From Saprospiraceae bacterium (lineage in GTDB: Bacteria > Bacteroidota > Bacteroidia > Chitinophagales > JAHQVX01), in assembly GCA_019634125.1 (NCBI GenBank), contig JAHQVX010000083.1, positions 1 through 19,133 on the forward strand: 19,133 bases of DNA, in the 5' to 3' direction. Below the pieces are notes generated by a model. It was not told the DNA's origin and did not search any database. It saw nothing but the letters and a program-made list of their open reading frames with translations. This document shows positions 7,425-15,890 of this stretch, piece after piece (positions within the stretch are counted from its first letter, which is position 1; each line of letters begins with the position of its first letter). A program made the translations under genes and the position numbers.

Positions 7425-9824
7425 TTATTCCGTTAACGCAATTTCCAATACTTCCATCATGTCGTTCACATAGTGAAATGTCAAGCCCTTCAAATAACTA
7501 TCGTCAATCTCTTCAATGTGTTTCTTATTCTGATCACATAAGATAATCTCAGAAATGCCTGCCCGCTTCGCGGCTAAGATTTTCTCCTTAATCCCGCCCA
7601 CTGGCAATACCTTACCACGTAGCGTAATTTCTCCGGTCATGGCGACTGTGTTGCGGACTGGCCGACCACTAAATAAGGAAGCTAGCGTGCTTAACATGGT
7701 TATACCTGCCGATGGACCATCTTTAGGAATAGCCCCTTCAGGCACATGAATATGAACGTCCCATTGCTTCATGTCTTCCACGTTAATCCCTATCTCAGTA
7801 GCGTGAGATTTTAGAAAGCTCAACGCCGTTTTGGCAGATTCCTTCATCACATCACCTAAGTTGCCTGTAAGCTGCAACCCACCTTTGCCTGGACTTCGCA
7901 CCGACTCGATATACAAAATATCACCTCCAACACTTGTCCATGCGAGACCTACAGCCACACCTGGAGGCACATTCTTTTGCAAGGCTTCTTTGTCAAACTT
8001 CGTAGGCCCTAGAATTTTCAATAAATCCGCTGGTTTCACCGATACCTTTTCCACTTCTTCACTGGCAATTAATCGAGCGGAATAACGCATCACAGAGGCT
8101 AACTCCCGATCTAAACCACGAACGCCAGACTCTCGCGTATAAGCCGTAATTAATTGCTCCAAGGCTTTATCTCTAATAGTGATTTGAGTCGCTTTTAAAC
8201 CATGTCCTTCACGTTGCTTTTTCAACAAATGCTTCTTCGCAATTTGAACCTTCTCCTCTACCGAATACCCACTTACATGGATAATTTCCATTCGATCACG
8301 CAGTGCTGGTTGAATGGTATTTAAGGAATTGGCTGTAGCTACGAACAAGACCTTAGACAAATCATAGTCTACATCTAAATAATTATCATGAAAGGTTGTA
8401 TTCTGCTCTGGATCAAGCACTTCCAGCAAAGCAGAGGAAGGATCTCCTCTAAAATCTTTGCCTACTTTGTCAATTTCATCCAATACAATTACGGGGTTCG
8501 ACGTACCTACTTTCTTCATAGATTGAATAATTCGCCCCGGCATTGCACCAATGTAAGTACGACGATGCCCACGAATTTCGGACTCGTCGTGCAACCCACC
8601 CAACGACATTCGAATGTATTCCCTGCCTAGCGCTTCGGCAATCGATTTACCCAAAGAGGTTTTACCAACACCTGGAGGGCCTGCAAAACATAAAATAGGG
8701 CTTTTCATATCACCCTTAAGTTTCAACACAGCCAAATATTCTAAAATCCGATCTTTCACCTTGTCTAAACCATAATGGTCGCGATCTAGAATCTTAGCCG
8801 CCTTTTGAATATCTATGGATTCCTCTGAAAACTCATCCCAAGGAAGCTCTACCATTAGTTCCATGTAATTGAGCTGTACGCCATACTCGGGAGATTGGCT
8901 ATTGAGTCGTTGAAGCCGTTTTAAGCCTTTTTCAAAGATTTCTCGAACATTATCGTTCCATTGTTTTTTGGCCGCTTTGGCGGAGAGTTCCTCAATATCT
9001 TGAACATTACCATTTTCACCCAACTCTTCTTGAATGGTCTTCAGTTGTTGGTTGAGGAAGTAGTTTCGCTGCTGCTCATCGATATCTGAACGGACCTTAT
9101 CTTGAATCTGACTTTTAATTTCGAGCAGTTGTAATTCCTTATCTAGAATTCCCAGAATTTGAGAGGCGCTATCTAAATAGTTCTCCAATTCTAGAATTTT
9201 TTGTTTCTCGCTCGGAGCTTCGTTAAGGTTAGAAGCCACAAAGTTTAGCAAGAAATCATCCGTATCAATGTTTTTAATTGCGATGTTCGCTTCACTCGGC
9301 AAATTCGGTGAGAGCTGTACAATTTTCATGGATGTTTCGCGCACAGAATCTACTACTGCCTTAAACTCTGTAGAATTGGGCAAAACAGGATCAGGCAAAG
9401 GTGTAAACTTTGCGACTTGATACTTCTTTGTCTCCTCAATCGCATCCAAATGAAAACGACCTTTCCCTTGTACTATAACAGTAACGCCTCCATCTGGCAT
9501 TTGTAAGCGCTTAATAATTTTAGCCACCGCACCAATTCGGTATACATCGTCTATTTCTGGATTAGAAGTTTCTTCATCTTTTTGAGTTACCACTGCCAGT
9601 AATTTGCCATTCTTATAGGCCTCTTCTACGGCTGCTAAAGACTGTTCCCTGCCCACTGAAATCGGAACCACTACACCTGGAAACAAGACAGTATTTCGCA
9701 AAGGCAGTAAAGGCAATTCTTTCACATCGCCAATGGGAACATCATTTTGTTCTTCATCTACTGAAATCATCGGAAAGCCTCCTGCATCTTCGCCAAAAAC
9801 CGTCAATATCACATCTTCACTCAT
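7425..9824 (-). CDS. lon: ATP-dependent Lon protease (endopeptidase La)
   Basis: N-terminal LON substrate-binding domain ([26 protein letters not shown]). AAA+ Walker [10 protein letters not shown] and Walker [11 protein letters not shown]16 protease domain with catalytic-Ser context [11 protein letters not shown]. The track ORF uses a TTG at 9881; the likely start is ATG at 9824-9822 ([10 protein letters not shown]). Confidence 0.95.
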   Translation of the reverse strand: MSEDVILTVFGEDAGGFPMISVDEEQNDVPIGDVKELPLLPLRNTVLFPGVVVPISVGREQSLAAVEEAYKNGKLLAVVTQKDEETSNPEIDDVYRIGAVAKIIKRLQMPDGGVTVIVQGKGRFHLDAIEETKKYQVAKFTPLPDPVLPNSTEFKAVVDSVRETSMKIVQLSPNLPSEANIAIKNIDTDDFLLNFVASNLNEAPSEKQKILELENYLDSASQILGILDKELQLLEIKSQIQDKVRSDIDEQQRNYFLNQQLKTIQEELGENGNVQDIEELSAKAAKKQWNDNVREIFEKGLKRLQRLNSQSPEYGVQLNYMELMVELPWDEFSEESIDIQKAAKILDRDHYGLDKVKDRILEYLAVLKLKGDMKSPILCFAGPPGVGKTSLGKSIAEALGREYIRMSLGGLHDESEIRGHRRTYIGAMPGRIIQSMKKVGTSNPVIVLDEIDKVGKDFRGDPSSALLEVLDPEQNTTFHDNYLDVDYDLSKVLFVATANSLNTIQPALRDRMEIIHVSGYSVEEKVQIAKKHLLKKQREGHGLKATQITIRDKALEQLITAYTRESGVRGLDRELASVMRYSARLIASEEVEKVSVKPADLLKILGPTKFDKEALQKNVPPGVAVGLAWTSVGGDILYIESVRSPGKGGLQLTGNLGDVMKESAKTALSFLKSHATEIGINVEDMKQWDVHIHVPEGAIPKDGPSAGITMLSTLASLFSGRPVRNTVAMTGEITLRGKVLPVGGIKEKILAAKRAGISEIILCDQNKKHIEEIDDSYLKGLTFHYVNDMMEVLEIALTE

Positions 9825-9926
9825 AATTTTCACTTGAAGCTTTACAACTCCAAAAGCTATACCATGCTCTAAAAGCTGCAAAAAAGGCAGATAAAAAATA
9901 ATCTTCCGTTAATACGACAGCTTTTT

Positions 9927-9934
9927 ACCTTTGC
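9927..9934 (+). promoter_or_regulatory. Candidate Bacteroidota sigmaA -7 box (TAccTTTG) upstream of or overlapping the MarC-family gene start
   Basis: TACCTTTG matches the TAnnTTTG -7 consensus known for Bacteroidetes promoters. It overlaps the TTG start used by the ORF track, which suggests the true start is downstream (for example GTG 9949) or that the mRNA is leaderless. Confidence 0.3.
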
Positions 9935-10527
9935 AAAAAAAATGGATCGTGGAGCATATTAACTGGGAACAAATACTCGGCGCTAGCCTAATTCTTTTCG
10001 CTGTGATTGACATCATTGGGAATATCCCCGTAATTGTTGAGCTAAGAAAACGAGCTGGAGATATTAGTTCAGGAAAAGCCACTTTAGTAGCCCTTGGACT
10101 TATGATTGCTTTTCTATTTGCCGGAGAACGCATGTTAAACCTTATTGGTATTAACGTTGGGGCTTTTGCAGTAGCAGGCTCCATCATCATTTTCATCATT
10201 GCCATGGAAATGATATTAGGTGTAAAGCTTCAAAAATCTATAGAGCCAAGAACGGTTTCAATTGTTCCCATTGCTTTTCCATTGATTGCTGGTGCAGGAA
10301 CGCTGACTACCCTACTTTCTCTTCGAGCAGAGTATCATACTGTGAATATTATTATTGCCGTTCTCTTAAATATGCTTATTGTTTATGGCGTACTTAAAGC
10401 CACCAAACAAATTGAAGAATTCCTAGGAGAAGGCTTAATTGGTATTTTGGAAAAAGTATTCGGAGTGATCCTTTTGGCAATTGCCGTGAAATTATTCGGA
10501 GAGAATATTGGCGACTTGATAAAATAA
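9931..10527 (+). CDS. marC: MarC-family (UPF0056) integral membrane protein
   Basis: 198 aa with about six hydrophobic helices. Family-typical features are the N-terminal ILGASLILFAVIDIIGNIPV and the C-terminal KVFGVILLAIAVKLF. Start codon uncertain (TTG 9931 per track; GTG 9949 also in frame). Confidence 0.75.
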   Translation: MQKKWIVEHINWEQILGASLILFAVIDIIGNIPVIVELRKRAGDISSGKATLVALGLMIAFLFAGERMLNLIGINVGAFAVAGSIIIFIIAMEMILGVKLQKSIEPRTVSIVPIAFPLIAGAGTLTTLLSLRAEYHTVNIIIAVLLNMLIVYGVLKATKQIEEFLGEGLIGILEKVFGVILLAIAVKLFGENIGDLIK

Positions 10528-11160
10528 TCACCGAAGGTCGATGATCTCGACTTCAGGATGGCGGGCTGAATCGAATTCGAAGAACCAATCTTCTAAATTC
10601 TTAGGACGTAGCTCTGAAAAGTTAAAGGTGTACACAATACCGTCTTTAAAGAAGACTTGCATTTGTTGCAATTGATGTGCATCTGTATCTACAACCACTT
10701 TCACTTTAAAGTAATCGCGGTCGCGAGCGGCAGGCACTAATTCAATCAAGGCCACATTTACGCCCTGGTATTTGGCTTCGGTAATTAATTTATACCCGAA
10801 GCCTTTTAGATACATAGAAAAGATATCTGAGGGAGAGATGATTTCTTCATCGTTATCGAAGTAATTGACTTGAACTTCATTCACACTTTTCGTCCAATGC
10901 CATACATTGACATTATCAGAAATAATTTCCTCTTCATTCATAACAAGTCTATACTTGTCACCTTTCAAATAAAGAATGCCTTTACGGCTTTCGACACCTG
11001 ATTCTGGGATATCCATTTTGAACTCAAAATCCGTAGCGAAAGTGCCCATGGAATCTATATTATCCCGGACCTTTTGTAGAATATCTACCGGATCTTTTGG
11101 TACTTGACTAAAACTAGAAAGTCCCCCTAGAAAGAAAATTATTAAAAAAAATATTCGCAC
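10528..11160 (-). CDS. lolA: LolA-like outer-membrane lipoprotein carrier protein (periplasmic)
   Basis: 210 aa with a signal peptide (RIFFLIIFFLGGLSSFSQ) and a beta-rich body. It lies immediately downstream (14 bp) of ftsK, the conserved ftsK-lolA arrangement in Bacteroidota. GTG start per the ORF track. Confidence 0.6.
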   Translation of the reverse strand: MRIFFLIIFFLGGLSSFSQVPKDPVDILQKVRDNIDSMGTFATDFEFKMDIPESGVESRKGILYLKGDKYRLVMNEEEIISDNVNVWHWTKSVNEVQVNYFDNDEEIISPSDIFSMYLKGFGYKLITEAKYQGVNVALIELVPAARDRDYFKVKVVVDTDAHQLQQMQVFFKDGIVYTFNFSELRPKNLEDWFFEFDSARHPEVEIIDLR

Positions 11161-11174
11161 CCCTCTTTAATTGG

Positions 11175-13658
11175 TTATTTTATATTTTGCAAAAAGTGTT
11201 CCAATTCCACTTCATCCATAAACAATACTTCGCGTGGCTTACTCCCCCGAGCTGGACCTACAATTCCGGCAGCTTCCAATTGATCCATAATTCGGCCTGC
11301 TCTGTTATAACCTAATTGCAGTTTACGTTGGATCATTGAAGTGGAACCCGATTGCATCGAAACAACTAATCGTGCAGCTTCTTCGAACATCGAATCTACA
11401 TCATTTTTTGAAAACTCTTTCTTTCCCCCTTCATCATCTCCAGAATATTCAGGAAGTAAAAAGGCTTCAGGGTAAGAGGTTTGTGCAGAAATGTGTTGGA
11501 TAATACTGTCTACTTCCGGGGTGTCAACGAAAGGGCATTGAAGTCGGACAGCATCACTTCCGATAGATAATATAAGGTCTCCCCGACCAATTAATTGGTC
11601 GGCACCACCCATATCTAGAATGGTACGAGAATCAATTTTCGACATTACGCGGAACGCAATTCGGGCGGGGAAATTTGCTTTAATAATACCGGTAATAATA
11701 TTTACTGAAGGGCGTTGGGTAGCAATAATAAGATGGATGCCGATAGCTCTTGCCAATTGCGCGAGACGCGCAATTGGGCCTTCAACCTCTTTACCAGCAG
11801 TCATAATTAAATCGGCAAACTCATCAATCACTAACACGATATAAGGCAGAAATCGATGGCCCTTTTCAGGATTGAGCTTCCGCGCTTTGAATTTCTTATT
11901 ATACTCTTTAATATTTCGGCATTGTGCTTCTTTCAAGAGGTTATATCGATCATCCATCTCAATGCAAAGGGCATTCAAGGTGTTGATTACCTTTTTGGTA
12001 TCGGTGATAATCGCTTCATCTTCTCCCGGGAGCTTGGCAAGGTAATGCTTCTCAATATTCCTGTAGATACTTAGCTCCACCTTTTTTGGATCAATAAGTA
12101 CAAACTTCAACTCTGCAGGGTGCATTTTATACAATAGCGAAACGATAATGGAATTAATCCCGACCGACTTACCTTGACCAGTAGCCCCTGCAATAAGTAA
12201 GTGGGGCATTTTGGCTAGGTCCGCGATGTAATTCTCATTAGAGATAGTCTTACCTACTGCAATGGGTAATGCCGCTTTGGTATTCACGAATTTCTCAGAA
12301 CCGATCATACTTTTCATCGAAACGATGTTTTTATGCTGGTTAGGAACTTCAATACCAATAGTACCTCTACCCGGAATCGGGGCAATAATTCGGATTCCTA
12401 GTGCGGCTAAGCTCAGGGCAATATCATCTTCTAAGTTTTTGATCTTAGAAATCCGCACACCTGGGGCAGGAACAATTTCATAAAGCGTTACCGTAGGGCC
12501 GACCGTTGCCTTAATCTTCGAAATCTCTATTTTGTAGTTCCGAAGGGTTTCAACAATTTGATTCTTGTTGTTTTCTAATTCTTCTCGATCAATTTGAACA
12601 TTGGTGGAACCGTGATCATCTAATAATTCGAGGGTTGGGAATTGGAAATTCGACAAGTCTAATTTCGGATCATATTCACTATCTACAGTGTAGTGTTTGA
12701 CTTGCTTTTCTTCAACTACTTTCTCTACGTCGAGATTAACCTGCTCTTCTGGGACTGTTGTTTGACTGGGAACTTCTGGAACAACGGTTTCTAATTCGAG
12801 TTCTGTATCGGAAAGATCTTCTTTAGGAGTTTCAGCACGACTTGGCTTGGTAATTAACTCGAAATCGGTAGGCCCTTCTTCATCAATTTCCTCTTCCTCA
12901 TCCAATTCAACGGATTGATTCACAGGCACATCTACCAACTCATTGGTATTCGTGGCCTGCTCCATTTTAATATGCTCTTGCTCTTCCACAGCAAGTTTAG
13001 CTTCACGTTCTTTTTGAGTGATTACCCAGTTAAATGGGTCTACATTGAAAATAAAAATGAGTCCTGCAATCAAGGCAAAAAACAATAGGATAGCTGTACC
13101 GAGCTTCCCAATAATGGCATTGAGCCAATCGTTGGTGATGGCGCCAAATGCTCCTGCCCATGAAAAATCGGAGTTCGACAAGAAAAAGCCAAGCACTAGG
13201 GCCAAAAATAAGGTGAGGAATGCCGTGTATAGGGCAAATTTCTTAAGCGGAAATATATTGCGCTTAAAAAACAGGTTAATACCTGATAACAGCATAAATA
13301 CGGGGATGAAGAAGGATGCGATTCCAAATAGGTTGTAGAAGAATTGGTGCGAGAGCATAGCGCCTAGGTTTCCTAACATATTCTCCGCATCACCTTTCAG
13401 ATTGAAGAGGTATTTCCAAGAGGCTTGGAATACTTTATCCTGATCTGCTTTCCAGGTAAATATGTAGGAAATAAAAGCAACGATTAAGAAAATCCCTGTA
13501 AGCATCAAAAACAGCCCTAGGGCTGTTTTTAGCTGATTCATTCGTTCCAATCGAGCGGCGTCATCTTTTTTCTTAGTAGGCGTCCGCTTCTTACTGGTCT
13601 TCTTCGTCGCTTTTTCTTCTTTGCTCTTTCTTTTGAATGTATTTCTAATTCCGGCCAT
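11175..13658 (-). CDS. ftsK: DNA translocase FtsK/SpoIIIE
   Basis: N-terminal basic tail (KRKSKEEKATKKTSKKRTPTKKK), four TM helices, and an acidic Pro/Glu-rich linker. Motor domain with Walker A GATGQGKSVGIN and Walker B LVIDEFADL. C-terminal gamma winged-helix (SMIQRKLQLGYNRAGRIMDQLEAAGIVGP). The track start is GTG 13670; ATG at 13658 (MAGIRNTF) is the likely start. Confidence 0.95.
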   Translation of the reverse strand: MAGIRNTFKRKSKEEKATKKTSKKRTPTKKKDDAARLERMNQLKTALGLFLMLTGIFLIVAFISYIFTWKADQDKVFQASWKYLFNLKGDAENMLGNLGAMLSHQFFYNLFGIASFFIPVFMLLSGINLFFKRNIFPLKKFALYTAFLTLFLALVLGFFLSNSDFSWAGAFGAITNDWLNAIIGKLGTAILLFFALIAGLIFIFNVDPFNWVITQKEREAKLAVEEQEHIKMEQATNTNELVDVPVNQSVELDEEEEIDEEGPTDFELITKPSRAETPKEDLSDTELELETVVPEVPSQTTVPEEQVNLDVEKVVEEKQVKHYTVDSEYDPKLDLSNFQFPTLELLDDHGSTNVQIDREELENNKNQIVETLRNYKIEISKIKATVGPTVTLYEIVPAPGVRISKIKNLEDDIALSLAALGIRIIAPIPGRGTIGIEVPNQHKNIVSMKSMIGSEKFVNTKAALPIAVGKTISNENYIADLAKMPHLLIAGATGQGKSVGINSIIVSLLYKMHPAELKFVLIDPKKVELSIYRNIEKHYLAKLPGEDEAIITDTKKVINTLNALCIEMDDRYNLLKEAQCRNIKEYNKKFKARKLNPEKGHRFLPYIVLVIDEFADLIMTAGKEVEGPIARLAQLARAIGIHLIIATQRPSVNIITGIIKANFPARIAFRVMSKIDSRTILDMGGADQLIGRGDLILSIGSDAVRLQCPFVDTPEVDSIIQHISAQTSYPEAFLLPEYSGDDEGGKKEFSKNDVDSMFEEAARLVVSMQSGSTSMIQRKLQLGYNRAGRIMDQLEAAGIVGPARGSKPREVLFMDEVELEHFLQNIK

Positions 13659-13696
13659 TCCCTCGTTCACTAATTTTAACGCTCAGAAGCATAAAA

Positions 13697-14041
13697 CTAG
13701 TACTCTGTTTCAACATCTTTCGTGAAATCATCCACATCTTCATTTGAGGCGCTGCTTGGCTTTAGTTTCAAAAGTTCAGCACGGGTTTCGTTCAGTTCAG
13801 AAGTCAATTTATGTACTTCTTTTTTCAAGCGCCCTATTTGCTTACGACTGCGGTACCAACTAGGAAAGGAAGCTAGGAAGGTGATTATCCCGCCTAAACC
13901 CAATAAAGCGAATAATAAAACAGGTAAGGAAAAGTTTTTCTGACCAAACAAGTAATTAATGGTTACGATGTTGTTGTTTTTCAACACAAACAGGGTCACC
14001 AAAATAGCTAAAATTAATGCCGCAACGAGGGTTCCTCTCAT
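13697..14041 (-). CDS. LapA-family / DUF1049 small inner-membrane protein
   Basis: 114 aa. Two TM helices (LVAALILAILVTLFVL; LPVLLFALLGLGGIITFLASF), then a basic patch followed by a coiled-coil tail (RKQIGRLKKEVHKLTSELNETRAELLKLK). ATG start. It lies 26 bp upstream of ftsK. Confidence 0.55.
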   Translation of the reverse strand: MRGTLVAALILAILVTLFVLKNNNIVTINYLFGQKNFSLPVLLFALLGLGGIITFLASFPSWYRSRKQIGRLKKEVHKLTSELNETRAELLKLKPSSASNEDVDDFTKDVETEY

Positions 14042-14071
14042 GGTAATGCTTTCGTATGAAATTAAGAAAAT

Positions 14072-14857
14072 TTACTGAGCCTTCTTTAACTTTTCTTTGC
14101 CAAGCAATTTGTTTTTGAACTTCATACGTTTTTCTGCCTCTGGGGTGGCGTACTTACTTAAATGCGCTAGTGCCTCATCCATGTCGTCGGTTAGTAAAAA
14201 GAGCTCTGTATCTTTTGGAGAGATGGTTCCAGCGGGCTTCATAGACTCAATAAAATCGACTAATGGTTGAAAAAATTCCGTACCAACTAAGACAATGGGA
14301 AAATTGCGCACTTTTCCGGTTTGAATGAGCGTAAGCGTTTCGAATAATTCGTCCATAGTACCAAATCCACCAGGCATAATGATGAATCCGTAAGAATACT
14401 TGAGAAGCAGTACTTTCCGTACGAAGAAGTATTTGAAGTTCACCCATTTATCGAGAAAAGGGTTGCCTGTTTGCTCAAATGGAAGGAGGATATTACACCC
14501 TACTGACTTACCGCCAGCTTCTTTGGCGCCCCGATTGGCAGCTTCCATAATACCTGGTCCACCACCGGTCATAATGGTGAAGCCTGTTTTAGCTACTTTT
14601 CCGGAGAGATCTCGCGCTAATTCGTACCACTTATTTCCTTCCTTAAATCGGGCAGATCCGAATACGGTTATACATGGTCCGACGAAGTGAAGGGTTTGGA
14701 AACCTTTAATAAATTCCCTGGCCACTCGAATGGTGAATAAAAATTCATCGATTCGAGAACGCGGCCCTTTTAAGAATTTCGTTTCGTCTTCTGAGGTTTT
14801 GAGTTTCAGGTACTTATTCTCGAGTTGTACTTCTCCAATAGTTGGTTCTACAGCCAT
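14072..14857 (-). CDS. LOG-family protein (cytokinin riboside 5'-monophosphate phosphoribohydrolase-like; TIGR00730 type)
   Basis: VFGSARF...GFTIMTGGGPGIMEAANRGA...IIMPGGFGTMDELFETLTLIQTGK carries both hallmark LOG motifs, GGGxGxMEA and PGGxGTxxE. ATG start. 261 aa is the long (type II) form. Confidence 0.85.
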   Translation of the reverse strand: MAVEPTIGEVQLENKYLKLKTSEDETKFLKGPRSRIDEFLFTIRVAREFIKGFQTLHFVGPCITVFGSARFKEGNKWYELARDLSGKVAKTGFTIMTGGGPGIMEAANRGAKEAGGKSVGCNILLPFEQTGNPFLDKWVNFKYFFVRKVLLLKYSYGFIIMPGGFGTMDELFETLTLIQTGKVRNFPIVLVGTEFFQPLVDFIESMKPAGTISPKDTELFLLTDDMDEALAHLSKYATPEAEKRMKFKNKLLGKEKLKKAQ

Positions 14858-14927
14858 AATGATTAGTTATTCGCTACAAAGAACGGAAAAAACTTTGAGA
14901 GGCATGATGAAATTTAAAAGAAGCATG

Positions 14928-14935
14928 TATATTTG
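14928..14935 (+). promoter_or_regulatory. Candidate -7 promoter box TATATTTG for the tRNA-Met gene
   Basis: Exact TAnnTTTG match 29 nt upstream of the mature tRNA 5' end. This is consistent with a short leader removed by RNase P. No well-spaced -33 TTG was found. Confidence 0.35.
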
Positions 14936-14963
14936 CAACCCCATTTAAGAATGGGAATTACAC

Positions 14964-15036
14964 CGCGGGGTGGAGCAGTTGGTAGCTCGTCGGGCTCATA
15001 ACCCGAAGGCCACAGGTTCGAGTCCTGTCCCCGCTA
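14964..15036 (+). tRNA. tRNA-Met (anticodon CAT), initiator type
   Basis: Manual cloverleaf fold. Acceptor 14964-14970 / 15029-15035 with an unpaired 1:72 position (C1 opposite U72). D stem GAGC/GCTC. Anticodon stem TCGGG/CCCGA with three consecutive G-C pairs next to the loop CTCATAA. 5-nt variable loop. T arm ACAGG-TTCGAGT-CCTGT. Discriminator A; CCA not encoded. Near-identical to my recollection of E. coli tRNA-fMet. Confidence 0.9.
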
Positions 15037-15042
15037 CTAGAT

Positions 15043-15075
15043 AAAAACCCTCTCGGCTTTGCCGAGAGGGTTTTT
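15043..15075 (+). terminator. Rho-independent terminator after the tRNA. It is a perfect palindrome, so it is bidirectional in form.
   Basis: AAAAACCCTCTCGGC-TTT-GCCGAGAGGGTTTTT is a 15-bp perfect inverted repeat with a 10-bp GC core flanked by an A5 and a T5 tract. A second small hairpin, TCCTC-CTG-GAGGA followed by TTTTT, lies at about 15107-15124. Confidence 0.85.
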
Positions 15076-15173
15076 CCATTTCATGCCAGTCGTTAATTTG
15101 AGCTGAAAGTCAGTCCTCCTGGAGGATTTTTATGGAATACTAAAAAAAGTGCATCTCTTAAGAAACAATTCAG

Positions 15174-15890
15174 ATGCACTACTCTATCCCAAAACCCTGT
15201 CATGAAGACTGGACAAACATGACTCCAGAAGAAAAAGGACGCTTTTGCTCAGCTTGCAGCAAAACCGTGATCGACTTCACTAAACTTTCAGATAGCCAAT
15301 CCAAGAAAATCCTTGTTGAAAGTACGCAATCGGTTTGTGGAAGATTTTCCCAAAGTCAATTAGGTAGAATTAATCGATTAGAGCAGATAAAGCCTGTAGC
15401 ATTATGGAAAAAAACAGCTGCAGTAGCTGCAAGCTTTATTCTATTCCAACAACTACCGCAAGCCCAAGAGGTTCAGCCACCAAAGCAAGAGCAATTTTCG
15501 CAGCAACAGCATGTGCTCGGACGTATAGCCGTAAAGCCCATTGACTCAATAACAATAGCAGGAATAGTATATGATGATATTGGTGAACCACTTATAGGGG
15601 CAACGGTAAGAATTGGAGATTCAGATAACGTCGCAATCACTCATCTCGATGGAGGTTTTAGCTTGAATGTATCTCGTGAGCTAATAAAAACGAATCACCT
15701 TATTGTTAGCTATGTTGGCTATGAAACGCAAACAAAGGCGCTTTCAGAGATCACAGGTCTGGAATCGATACAAATGAAAATAGATGAGGCTATTATGGGC
15801 GACATTGTTGTTGGTTATATAGCAGAACGCCCCTCCATATTCAAAAGAACTTGGAGAGGCATTAAATCAGTTTTTAGGAAAAAAGGCTAA
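15174..15890 (+). CDS. Membrane protein with an N-terminal cytoplasmic Cys/His zinc-ribbon-like motif, a single TM, a Gln/Pro-rich linker, and a C-terminal CarboxypepD_reg-like beta-sandwich
   Basis: 238 aa. Candidate zinc ligands are C9, H10, C25 and C28 (PCHEDW...FCSACSK). TM segment VALWKKTAAVAASFILF. Linker QQLPQAQEVQPPKQEQFSQQQ. ITIAGIVYDDIGEPLIGATVRIGDSDNVAITHLDGGFSL matches the carboxypeptidase-regulatory-like domain signature (GxVxD..G.PLxGAxV...T..DGxF.L). Confidence 0.6.
   Translation: MHYSIPKPCHEDWTNMTPEEKGRFCSACSKTVIDFTKLSDSQSKKILVESTQSVCGRFSQSQLGRINRLEQIKPVALWKKTAAVAASFILFQQLPQAQEVQPPKQEQFSQQQHVLGRIAVKPIDSITIAGIVYDDIGEPLIGATVRIGDSDNVAITHLDGGFSLNVSRELIKTNHLIVSYVGYETQTKALSEITGLESIQMKIDEAIMGDIVVGYIAERPSIFKRTWRGIKSVFRKKG

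Noticed and set aside
7328-8630. Plus-strand ORFs 7328..7546, 7555..7749, 7831..8085 and 8388..8630 inside lon
   Set aside because: Antisense to lon, which has unmistakable AAA+ and S16 motifs.
9909-10205. 98-aa Met-rich minus-strand ORF (MAMMKMMMEP...)
   Set aside because: Antisense to the MarC-family membrane protein. It mirrors the hydrophobic codons of that gene.
11620-13943. Plus-strand ORFs within ftsK and the LapA-like gene (11620, 11856, 12262, 13018, 13722)
   Set aside because: All are antisense to FtsK or the DUF1049 gene and have no independent support.
14247-14948. ORFs 14247..14447 (-), 14400..14690 (+), 14730..14948 (+) around the LOG gene
   Set aside because: They overlap the LOG CDS in other frames or antisense. 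The last also spans the tRNA promoter region, which makes a protein-coding role unlikely.
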